The translations under genes were made by a program, and so were the position numbers. From Octopus bimaculoides (taxonomy: Eukaryota), in assembly GCF_001194135.2 (NCBI RefSeq), contig NC_068983.1, forward strand, positions 25,419,386 through 25,483,385: a stretch of 64,000 nucleotides of DNA, in the 5' to 3' direction. The notes under the pieces are model-generated. The model did not search any database. It was not told where the DNA came from and saw nothing but the letters and a program-made list of their open reading frames with translations. The stretch's first letter is position 1. Every line of letters starts with the position of its first letter. Below, piece after piece: positions 52,290 through 64,000 of the stretch.

Positions 52290-53360
52290 TTGATCGATAT
52301 ATGTATATACAGTCAGCACCCCGCCATACACAATATCAAGAGCTTCCTACATCACAGAAGTTTTCCTGCCTACTTCAGGTACTTTTGTCTTGTCTTTCGC
52401 GTGACAGTAGAAACCCATATTCGACAGAAACATGGGGTTACATTCTCTGCATTGGATTGTTGGGTTTTATTCTCTTCATCATTTGATGTTTCTGGTGCTT
52501 CGTATTGTCTGAAAAGCATATGCATCGTGGATGACAGAATTTTGACTACTGTTTCTATAGTTTGTGAGAGCTTCGAATATTTATATCCTTATGTTGTAGA
52601 GTGAGAATCTATTCTCAAAGACATCCCTCAATCCCAGCTGATTGAGGAACGCCTGATTTCCAGCTGATTTCCATGATTACAGTTTTCTGTTTTCATTTAA
52701 AAGAAATGATGCATTTCTGAAGTCGGTTATGGTCCATTCTTAGAATATTGCCAAATTATCATCATGATTATCAATTCTATGCTTGTCAGGCCTTCTTTCG
52801 TTAGCGATTAAATATAAACAAGGAACAATCGTTTGACTTAGTGATACTTCAAGATTCATGTTGTGATGCCGATAAGGATTCCATGAATCGTAAGTATAAT
52901 GAAATGTGTTGTTACCAACAGATCCGTACATGACAGTATGGTAGTAGATTTGAAGCGGTAGTTCTTGAAAACTGATTGATAAAGCTTGCCATATACAGCA
53001 TAAGCTGCACCTATCCACATCATGGAAAGTTTTGAAACTAACAAAGAACTAAAGTGTGGAAAGTTTCTGCAATGTTTGTCGGAACGATTATTAGGAAATT
53101 TACCTTGATATTGGATCTCACTCCTTGCTCCCAGCTCTTCTCAGTATAAACTGCCTTCCATTTCAGGTTCCTAGACAACATTACTTCCAACAACTGTACA
53201 ATAGATGAAAATCATTTAAACTATTTGCAACAGAATTCTTCATCATTTTAAATGTCAACATTAATCTTTGATACAAAGTATCACTGTATAATCCATATTC
53301 CACTGGTATATTCAGAAGATGAAGTTCTTTAACAGACATTGTTTGTATAATAACTTTTTG
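52290..53360 (-). pseudogene. Heavily decayed RTE (BovB-like) LINE 3' fragment
   Basis: QTMSVKELHLL, NFPHFSSLL...WIGAAYAVYGKLYQSVFKN and YDSWNPYRHH..LE motifs in shifting frames; homologous region to 48605-48890. Confidence 0.7.
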
Positions 53361-53722
53361 GTGAAATGGTGACATGGGGTTACTTACAAAAATACACCTG
53401 AATTAAAATTTTTAGGTAAGACAATTACTTCGATGCATACTGCGTGTATCTTACACCTTTTCAGCGGTTGGGATAATCTATCACAAGGTACAACATGCTG
53501 AAGACTTGGTTTATGAGCCAAAGAATAAGTTCATTTCACATTGAATAGAAGCAATTTCAGCATTTCAAGAATGTAATGAATACTTACCCACGTCCATATT
53601 ACAGTTTCAATGTGTCAAAGCCATGGAGGGTTATCACACTCAGTATTCATAGACATACGAGGAATGAGGTATAGATTCAGAACAACTTACTTTTCTCATC
53701 AAGACATTATATACCGATCTAA

Positions 53723-53935
53723 TGCGGCGAGCTGGCAAAATCTTTAGCACGCCAGGTGAAATGCTTAGCGGTGTTTCGTCTGTCTTTACTTTGTGAGATC
53801 AAATTCCGCCGAGGTCGACTTTGCCTTTCATCCCTTCTTAATTGATAAATTAAGGACCAGTTGCGTACTGGAGTCGATCTAATCGACTGGCCTCCACCAA
53901 CAAAATTTCGGGCCTTGAGCCTAGGGTAGAAAATA
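53723..53935 (+). mobile_element. SINE family A, full length
   Basis: gcggcgagctggcaaaatctttagcacgccaggtgaaatgcttagcgg...caaattccgccgaggtcgactttgcctttcatcc. Confidence 0.9.
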
Positions 53936-54649
53936 AAAGATTATATATCGATCTGCAACACAAACTACACATAGGAAATGACGTGTGAATTTATCAAAGT
54001 ATCTACTAACGAGGACTAGGATCAACATTGTAGGATTACCAAATATATTTTGTAAAGTTTGGATCGAGAATATTATATGTACATCCTTCTGGTCCATATA
54101 ATATTTATAAATACGATCATTTCTCACCATATTTTTAATGTACGAGTAATATACTTTCTAATCATGAAAGATCGGAGTTAGAATATTATGATATACTTCC
54201 AGAAATTAAAACTGATATAGTATATATATTTCGGGAATGTAGCATCTTATATTCGCAAGATATGAAATAACTTACTATATGAGGTAATTCATTTACGAAA
54301 TATATAACAACCTCATATTTGTGATACGACTTTCGAAAGAAAAAAAAAAAACGTATAATTATCCTTACAAATATAAGTCTGAATTTTTATGATAAAATTA
54401 ATTTCTTTTTTTGTGACAGTTGGATATTTAGTGGAATACGTTTATCTATTTCACGATTTGAACTTGTGAAATATTTATCATGTTTTTCATTGTAGCTTCT
54501 TTGAATACGTTGATTATTAAACCACTGGTACAGAATATCTAGTGTCACTGACACTCGAAACCAATGGCAATTAAAATTATTTCAGAACTTTCAGAATCAG
54601 TATGAAGTATTTGTTGCCTGAATTAACATCATATTAGATTACAATGCAA

Positions 54650-54794
<145 letters not shown>

Positions 54795-55519
54795 AAATAT
54801 GTATATGACCAAATACATACCTCTTTTACATTTTGTTTTTTGCATCAATTTTTTTCCTCAATACCAAGCAATTCAATATGTGGAATAATTTGAATTGATT
54901 CATCTCGACATTTTACATGTGCAAAAACAATCCGTTTAAATAAATGAGGCTGAACTAATTGTATCTTTATTGAAATGAAAAATTGAAGCATAGATTTTAT
55001 GGGAGACAAAAATTTGAGAATTTCTCTACTTTTGTTTTTCTTATTTTTTTTCTTGTTTTTTACAGCATTGTGAATATCACACTTTCTCCGCGTCGATGAA
55101 GACATGGTGTATTTTAAGCATGATTCCATGAACCGGACACGAAGTGACTAATTGTGACTGTTACTGTTTAATAATTTCATTCTGACATTTCTTTTCTTTT
55201 TTTGTATATTTTAACCAATAGATTAGCTCGGCAATCATGTATTCAAAAAGTGTTCACGTGTTATTGTAACAATTAATAATGCACTGTTAAACATTTAGTC
55301 AATTCTATATATTGCTTTACTTACTGTTCTATTCAGAGTTATTTTTTTTTCCGCCACGGCACAGTGATCAATTCATTGGTCTGACTTGAATTTGTCGTGG
55401 TTCCTTACGCAATCATTTCTAGTAATCAAGCATTATGCTATTGCAGTATCTCCTCATCCATTGCCCTTCTGTATAATAAAGAAATTACAGATGTAGTATT
55501 TATTATTATATTTACCAAA

Positions 55520-55935
55520 GATAGGTACTCGCAGGCATCGTAAAGTATCGGCAAAATGTCTCATGCGTTTAGATACTGTCCTTTATCTTCTCACTCGAAA
55601 CATTGTCCAGGTCGAGTATTCCTTTCATCCGTTTGAGAGAGATAAGATAAGTTGCTTGCGAATAACAAAGTGACTTAAGTTAACTATTCCTTTCTAAGAA
55701 GTTTATGTTATTTCTATGACAGAAATGTCTGTTTGTCTTTGTTTTTGTAATAGCCATCATCATCATCACCACACTCGTTGGCTTCCTGCGCACAAGGCTT
55801 AGCTGCATTTCATCTGTCGTTATGAATGCTGTCGAAGTCAGCTTTACCTTTCCAAATTTCGGGGACATAAAAGTAAGTACCAGTTGACGTCAGGGGTCTT
55901 TGTAATAAACTTACCCCCTCCCATGCACTTGCAAA
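55520..55935 (+). mobile_element. Two degenerate SINE family A copies (about 55520-55680 and 55780-55935)
   Basis: gtcgagtattcctttcatccgtttgag and gtcagctttacctttccaaatttcggggacataaaagtaagtaccagttg. Confidence 0.55.
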
Positions 55936-55939
55936 TAAC

Positions 55940-56027
<88 letters not shown>
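55940..56027. repeat. (AAT)n immediately followed by (ATT)n, forming a palindromic microsatellite
   Basis: Direct reading. Confidence 0.95.
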
Positions 56028-56394
<367 letters not shown>

Positions 56395-56760
56395 GTAATG
56401 CTATTACATACTAGCTTAAATCACTGCGAAGTTATCTTGTGGTTTGGTGACAAATCTCAATCTCAAACACTTTATGAAAAATTACTGCAGAATATAGGAT
56501 AACACTTTTCAGAATACCGACAATTTTTATACCAATTTAAATATCCTTCAGGAACTTAAATAACACTTTGGGTCTTTTGCCAAGTGCACCAATTGCTATA
56601 GAAACAGTTGCCATATTTGTCTTCTATTATCTTTTCATCTGTCTGGCTAGGTCTTGATATTTCTCAATTTTATTAACTTCTTTGGTATCCACTTTGTTAT
56701 CATATGCTATTACAACATCTATGATCGTACACTTTTTGTTTGACGACTCATTTGTACTCA
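56395..56760 (-). pseudogene. R4/Dong-type non-LTR retrotransposon 3' end (restriction-like endonuclease domain)
   Basis: One frame with 3 stops: NKKCTIIDVVIAYDNKVDTKEVNKIEKYQDLARQMKR**KTNMATVSIAIGALGKRPK...ILYSAVIFHKVFEI; contains the RLE IID...K..KY..L motif and IGALG; ends in a (TAA)n tail. Confidence 0.85.
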
Positions 56761-56782
56761 CGCATACACACACACACACACG

Positions 56783-56826
<44 letters not shown>

Positions 56827-57276
56827 TACACATACACACACACACTCACACACACCCATCCACACACAATATATATATATATATANNNNNNNNNNNNNNN
56901 NNNNNNNNNNNNNNNNNNNNNNNNNNNNNNNNNNNNNNNNNNNNNNNNNNNNNNNNNNNNNNNNNNNNNNNNNNNNNNNNNNNNNNNNNNNNNNNNNNNN
57001 NNNNNNNNNNNNNNNNNNNNNNNNNNNNNNNNNNNNNNNNNNNNNNNNNNNNNNNNNNNNNNNNNNNNNNNNNNNNNNNNNNNNNNNNNNNNNNNNNNNN
57101 NNNNNNNNNNNNNNNNNNNNNNNNNNNNNNNNNNNNNNNNNNNNNNNNNNNNNNNNNNNNNNNNNNNNNNNNNNNNNNNNNNNNNNNNNNNNNNNNNNNN
57201 NNNNNNNNNNNNNNNNNNNNNNNNNNNNNNNNNNNNNNNNNNNNNNNNNNNNNNNNNNNNNTATATATATATATAT
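56761..57276. repeat. (CA)n/(TA)n with N-gap 56886-57261
   Basis: Direct reading. Confidence 0.95.
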
Positions 57277-60200
57277 TCACAGGGTTGGTGAAAAGTAAGA
57301 AGACATTAAAATTGGTAATAAAATCCGTATGCCTCTTACAAATTTATGGATATTTCGAAAGAGGAAAGCAAATTACTCCGTTAATGGCAGCGAAGACAAT
57401 TGTTTTTTTTCAATACAATGCAAATTATAATGAAGACGTCCCACCATCTTGGAATATAAGAAACAACAATCAACCTAATATTCAGCAATCGTTTTCCGAT
57501 AAATGTAGCATAACTTAAGGTTATTATTACAAAATATGAGGAAACATTCTAAAACTCGTATTCAACTAGAAAAATTACGAATATAAACATCAGAGCAAGA
57601 AAATTTAGAACGAAAGCGCATAGACCAATACAGAGAGTTGATGAAGAAAACGTCTATATCTACTGAAATAAGACAGAATTCATATTGATTTGTCAGAACA
57701 ACAAACCCCAAAACTTGAAAGAAATGTGAAACGTTTTGGGGACACCTGAACAGATATGCTCTACAGTTATTCATTTAACAGAAACAGATTTAAATAATAA
57801 ACTTCAACTTCTTGTAAAAGGACTAAAATTTATGCCTTCCCTAACGGTCGAACATCAAGCATTAGACGATTATATCCGAAAGGTCTATCGATCGCTTGTT
57901 TTTCTTCCGTATTAAAACTTAGGTGGATGAATCCCTGATAAGGAATCAAATAGAAAATTACCACACCAGACAAAAGCATCAAACATAAGGTCTGTACATA
58001 TACTCCCGTTCCAAATATACAGTTAAACAACGTACTAGTGTCAGATCACATTACTACCAACGGGAGATTTTACAACTTAAATATCTCCATAACAATGATA
58101 TCATAGTTATTACGCAAGCAAATAAAATATTTTGGCAATTTTTCCTAATTTAATCAAAATTTCTACATATTTTAGAAGAATTGAGCGTCCTTCTGAGCAA
58201 CCTATATCCAAGTGTGTGTGAGTGTGTGTGTGTGTGTGCCTGTGTGTGTGAAAGAGAGAGAGAGCGAGATAGCGAGATAGCGTGTGTGTAATGTGTGTGT
58301 AAGTGTATGTATGCATGTACACGCACATACACACAAACACACGCACACACACATTTATATATGAATATCACTGAATGAAAATGTACATAATGAGTAGAGA
58401 TCTATATTATTGGTCTAAAGATATAGATCTATTTCGGAGCAAACCCGTGCTTTTTATGTTTGACAATCTGTACATATGTTATTATGAACACGTAATACAA
58501 CTTATATTGCTTACAATCAATTAAGCTCTTTTAAAAACTGATTTGCTATTCATAATGCAAATGTTATGAACATCATTGAATAATTCGAGATCGGTGTATT
58601 TGGGGAACTTTTCAGTTTTTCTAAACCATAATATAAAGCTTTATTCTCTATAGTAATGTGAAATATTAAATATGAGTGGATATTAAATATTTTATTAACA
58701 GCGTTCTTTATGGAACCATTTATTCGAAGAATTAGTAATAGCTAGAATTTCAAACCTCTTTAATAACATTTCCTTATGTCTCTCATAGTCTATACTTTTA
58801 ATGCTGGGTTAGTTTTGGTAAAATGATTAGGGAAATATATTATCTTGAAGCTGTATTATTTGAACAATATGCACAGCGGGAGTCATCGCGAGTGGATATA
58901 ACTTGATAGAATGTACCATACTTTTGTTATTCATTTAAGGCGTGTAATTTGTTGGAGTAGATGCAAAAACCACCTCGGTTCCCCGAAGTCTCAACAAATT
59001 GAACAAGCTGTGGCTGATAAAAGGAAAAAGAGCGATACCATCACTTACTGAAGTAATGTTAAATTAAATGGATTTACCAAAGTCAAAACGTTCCACACGC
59101 TTCAAAAATTGAACTCATAACTTTAAGATTATGATACATTGTCTTCTAAGACCTGGGACACACATATTTACTTTGTATTATTTATATGGCAAGTAATTTC
59201 ATCTGAGACAGTGGGTTGAATCTTAAATACCTTCATTGTTGTGGAGTCACGGAAGCTATTTAAGATATAACATAGGATACTGAAACAATTCTCTCCCCCC
59301 TGTCAGAATATCTAGATGAAAGGTGATAGTTATAAACAGGGCCACACACTGGTATACCAGGCAGCTGCACATTTCTGTAGATATGAACTATAAATTCTTC
59401 ACTTCAGTATTGATTCGTTACAATGTTACAATGCCACTTAAGGATGAAAAAGTTGGGATAAGTTTAAGCTCTTAATAGATAACAGGCTCAGATAAGAGGA
59501 TTTCAAGAAAAGCAAGTTATATCTAGTGTCTAGAGAGGATCAAATATTATATTAGTATCTTAGAGATATTTCGAAGACAATACATATTTTCTTGCTTCTG
59601 TTGTTGTTGCTAACAGTTTTTTTTATGTGGTAGGCGGTTGGTAGCGAAAGTAAAAAGAAATTTTATAAATGCGTTACAGGAATATGACGCCATATCGGCT
59701 CATCGGGAGATTACCCCTTACTTTATGGCGATCAGTGGTGCGTTACATTTCTATGGAGAACGTTATACGAGTGATAACAAAAATGGTAATCTTTCTGTAA
59801 GCTGAGGCTGCGTTTCATGTTCGATTTCGGATAGTAGATATTTTTTCAAGAGATATTAATACAAAAATTTTAAAAAAATGAACGGTATACTGAGAACATT
59901 TTTTTTATCCATGAAATGATTTGCTAATAGATTCCGCTAATTACGAAAATCTAGCAATTCTTTTTATTCTAATGGTGCCTGGAATAGATATATTTTTATG
60001 CGTCTTTAAAAGTCTTTATGGAAAGTAATATATGCTATAATCTTTCTGCCACTTCTAATTACTCTCCATATATTTATAGAATGCACCTGTCATAAGAGAT
60101 ATAAAATACAGATATATGTATGATTAACTATACAACCAATTTATGTAGAGTATATTTCGGATATTAATGCTAGCCGTTATCGTATTACACATGGTTTAAG

Positions 60201-60889
60201 TGCGATAATGTAGCAACACGTGAAAAGAATAGAAAATAATTTAACTTGTCTTACTTATTACATTCGTATGTAATTTTACGTTGTGGTCTCAAACCTTGCT
60301 AGTGTCAGCTTTGCTAGTCATTATTCTCAGCTTCAATAAAATAAGTGTAATTTAAGTATCTGAGTTTATGCATCAGTTTCCCTCGCCTCTCCAAACCTAC
60401 AGTTTTGTTTGTTTATCATAAATCTATATTTATTTATGACTTAAGTGCATTAGATATATGAGTTGATAGAGCTGTGTACGAAATGATTTTGGGGAAAGTA
60501 AGTTAAATCTCGTTAGGTTTTTTTTTGGCCAGCTCCCACCGGATTACGTTTACTTGTCTGATTGGATTTTGAAAGAACAATTAGTACTCCTGTGATAGTA
60601 CGATTAAACATTTGTCATCAAACCCAAAACTTGTCTTTTATCGATGTTTAAAAATCATTATTAAATGTGTGAGTGATCGAAAATCCAAAGTGAGAATTAC
60701 TGACAGAAGCTATATATAAAGTGATACAATTATATGTGCATTTGTGTAAAAATAGAATATAATTGTATAATTTTATATCGAGCAGTGTTGATAACGCATT
60801 CATGATGGAGTCTCATCTTAAAGGTTTACTAGATTTCCAAATGGAACATTGAGCCGTGCCACAAACTATATCCCCTGTCTGTCTTACAG

Positions 60890-61007
60890 ACAGAAGGTTG
60901 GTCAGATCGCTATCAGATTCATTGGTTGAGAGTCATGCAGGCAGATCACTTCAAAGCTCTAGACCAGTAGATACGTCATATGACAGTCAGCGCAGTATCT
61001 ATGAAAC
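60890..61007 (+). other. Candidate internal coding exon (unverified)
   Basis: cccctgtctgtcttacag acceptor, gtaaaa donor; one frame is open throughout (RRLVRSLSDSLVESHAGRSLQSSRPVDTSYDSQRSIYET) and stops right after the donor. Confidence 0.2.
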
Positions 61008-61899
61008 GTAAAAGTCGTATCCCTCATAAGGGTTGTTTCTTATTTTCCCTGCGTCCAGTAGCTGTGTGAACAGCTATTATCTTATTTAGCCAAGGCGTGG
61101 TGACTTTTGTGTGTTATATATACCGTTTTAGTGAATCATTCAGTCTGTCTTAGCAAAATGTGGTCAAAACTTGTTGAAAATGAAATGTGACTTTTAACCT
61201 ATTTGCATATGAATAAGTTTGACTTCATTGTTTTATACGACTCAATAGCTGTACAAAGCGCTTCCTAACTCCATATGCACTTATACTATAACTATGATTC
61301 CAAGTGTTTCGTTCTATTCGACTGGAGTTGGGAAGCCTGGTAACGTGCTTCGCTTCTAAACATAATACGAAATACACATGCGCACACATGCAAATGTGTA
61401 TATACAAACATACATTTAAACAGACACCCTAACACATATCTAAGAGAGAGATTAAAAAAAAATCAGGCAGATATTAATAAAGTAATCTGTTTCATTATAA
61501 TAATTCAATTAACAATATCCAACAATCAGACATCAATAAATGTAAGTAGAATACAAATCCAAGGTAATTCCTCATACATGACAAGTAGATCCAAATTTCG
61601 TTCAGAAGCATTTCGAATAATTTCGAATTTTTGACAACAAAAGAATACGCAGAGAGAATATGTATGCGTACATATATTTATGTCTACGTACGCATATATT
61701 CATTTCTTTGTATCAAATATCAAGGTCGGGTCTTTTGATGGGAAAATGTGGGAAGTGATAATTGGCATTTAGGACAACAGAAAACACTCAAGTGGTCTTG
61801 GAGTGTTTATATCTCTGTAACGTAGCAGTTGCACAAAAGGCACGGGTATAATACAAACCAGACTTTCAGAACAAATGTACTAGGATCGATTTGTTCGAC

Positions 61900-61965
61900 T
61901 AAAATTGTTCAAGACAGTGCCCAAGCATGGCCACAGTCCAATGAGTGAAACACGTAAGAGATAAT
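61900..61965 (+). mobile_element. SINE family B 3' tail fragment
   Basis: cagtgcccaagcatggccacagtccaatgagtgaaacacgtaagag aligns to 7280-7325. Confidence 0.5.
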
Positions 61966-62186
61966 GTGCGTGTGTGTATGTGTGTATGTGTGTGTGTGTG
62001 TGTAATTATATAATTGTTATTTTCAGGATCCAACAAAACCGAGGTATTTTGATATGAAAACCACCCATTGAGTGGCGAGGAGAGCATGTCCTTGTATTAA
62101 CGGTGTGTACGGATACTCACGTACTTACTAAAGCATATACAGATTTGCCATTCCGGTTAAGCATCCGTACACAAGCATAGACTAAA

Positions 62187-62417
62187 TATTGGGTAGTCCG
62201 GTAAGTTCGTGCCGATTTATAGTAGTTTACCTTCCGACTTATTTACCATGAAACCACCTCAATTCTAGGAAGAGGGTATTTTCAAGTTACAGGGAAGATG
62301 GAGACGCATTGTGCAACAAAATGGTTCATATTTGGTTGATTAAAATGTGATAGCAAGTATTTATTGACCGTTTTCTTTCCGTTAAAAATCGGCACGAACT
62401 TTCCGGACAACCCAATA
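62187..62417 (+). mobile_element. Mariner-derived MITE with intact TIRs and TA TSD (mellifera-like ends)
   Basis: TA-ttgggtagtccggtaagttcgtgccgattt...aaatcggcacgaactttccggacaacccaa-TA (30-bp TIR, 2 mismatches); interior reads EEGIFKLQGRWRRIVQQNGSYLVD*, a mariner C-terminus. Confidence 0.92.
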
Positions 62418-62529
62418 CAATCAACGTATACGTAAAATTACTCAAGAGTATATTCCGTCATGCGGTCCTTGTTTCCCTGTAGGTTCAAGATTCCACCACT
62501 TTATTTAGTGGTAATTGAAGCAATTAGTT

Positions 62530-62840
62530 CGTGGATGATTAATGAGTTGGGAGGGTGTTGATGAAGGAGCAAAAATTCCTGAAATATGTCATATACGCCC
62601 GTTACCCATTTTTCTTCTTCGATGTCATTTTTTATTTACACTTAGCATCTCGGATATGATAGAACGTAAGAAAATCTGTGCTGGTTATAATTTCTATATA
62701 AAATCTGTTGAGATAACTTTAACAGGTGATATAAGAGCACTGCTAATAACAGAATAGAACAAAGTACTGAGTTATAAAAACGTTTTATATACTTTGTAGT
62801 ATAATATGGTTGTATAACAAAATACAGTGTCCCTTAACGT
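62530..62840 (+). repeat. Third copy of the unclassified repeat at 48890-49430
   Basis: Aligns to 49215-49420 (5' part) and 48945-49110 (3' part). Confidence 0.8.
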
Positions 62841-63131
62841 ATATATATTAGATAACTTATATTGCAAATTACCATAAGTTGAGATAAAGAAGAAATGAAT
62901 TACTGATGAAAACGCAACAGCGAAATGAAATTATATATCAAGAACAAAAGCGAAAACTACTTCCTCAAATTAGAAAAATAAGGACAGATAACAATATAAA
63001 GATAAAACTAGATAGTTAGATAAGGTGTGTGTATATATGCACGTGTATGTGCATGTAGGTGAGCCCACGTACGTGTGTGATTGTAAAAGAAAGAGTTAAG
63101 GATGTACTTTCTGAAATTACATTCGTAGGGA

Positions 63132-63162
<31 letters not shown>

Positions 63163-63292
63163 TTACATGCATACCCACACACAATCATGCATTTAGGTTT
63201 AGAGAAAGATGATGAAAGAAAAGTACATCCTGAAATTAGAAATAAAGTGAGGAAGAGATAGAGACAAAGTGAGTTGGAGACGGAGAGATAGA

Positions 63293-63294
63293 GA

Positions 63295-63349
<55 letters not shown>
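63293..63349. repeat. (GA)n microsatellite
   Basis: Direct reading. Confidence 0.95.
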
Positions 63350-63352
<3 letters not shown>

Positions 63353-63789
63353 CTAACCAATAGCTTAATCGAAATGCATTATTGTATAAAACAATGCAAA
63401 ATGCACACGCACACGCACACATCAAACTAAACGAACATATATGAATGGAACGACCTGATAAAACTAAAGACAGATGGAAAGAGCAGAGTAGAGGAACAAA
63501 TTTTGACATATTAGCGATTACTTAGCGTTGTAAGAAATATTATCTGCAGCTTCGTCATCTCATCGTCTCGCCATTTGCGAAAAATATGTAGTTGTACATA
63601 TCAACTTCAGAACTTATCTATTACCTATTTTTGGTGGCACCGAGTTGACGCCTCAGATTTTCGATCACACCAGTATTTGAAACAACTGAGTTAATGTTCG
63701 TAAATAGTTTTGGAAAGTATTCAAATGATTTAGCAGTCTAATGATTATTACTAACAAATGCACACAATCGAATAGTATACGCGGAGTAA

Positions 63790-63932
63790 ACTGTCTGTTG
63801 GAGGAACCTCAATGTGTCAAAAGTATTTATTTTATCGATACCTGAATTATGAAAAGTGAAGTAAACTCCAGCAGTATTTGGAATGATATATTAGAAAGAT
63901 ATTTTGCTGTTCGCTTTCACGATTTTGCTATT

Positions 63933-63933
<1 letters not shown>
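63790..63933 (-). mobile_element. SINE family A, degenerate
   Basis: tatttattttatcgatacctgaattatgaaaagtgaagtaaactccagcag...cacgattttgc. Confidence 0.55.

Positions 63934-64000
<67 letters not shown>
63934..64000. repeat. (CA)n running to the window end
   Basis: Direct reading. Confidence 0.95.

Noticed and set aside
53723-53810. SINE A and B heads as genuine tRNA genes
   Set aside because: A/B-box-like motifs are present but there is no complete cloverleaf, and each head continues into a repeated SINE body
55066-55143. Very strong acceptor followed by a possible start MVYFKHDSMNRTR
   Set aside because: Donor is weak or ambiguous, and a T-rich tract before CAG is common in this AT-rich DNA
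62900-62935. ctgatga...gaaa hammerhead-like core
   Set aside because: Stems I-III cannot be formed around the core

Overview
AT-rich, microsatellite-dense eukaryotic DNA from a gapped assembly: 8 N-gaps, each touching a simple repeat. The repeat content resembles what I recall of octopod cephalopod genomes (inference only, no search run). No host protein-coding gene can be confidently identified. The listed ORFs are either microsatellite artefacts or decayed transposon frames. The window is mainly a transposon graveyard: about 25 copies or fragments of one tRNA-headed SINE (called family A here), several copies of a second CORE-like SINE (family B), five mariner relics or MITEs, a piggyBac relic, a hAT MITE with an 8-bp TSD, three RTE-clade LINE fragments and an R4/Dong-type RLE LINE 3' end. 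The structures these do not explain are a 226-bp near-perfect palindrome (19545-19770), a neighbouring 596-bp foldback element, retroposons stacked at (ATT/AAT)n tracts, several diverged local duplications and a few low-confidence candidate exons. I found no convincing novel multi-gene system.
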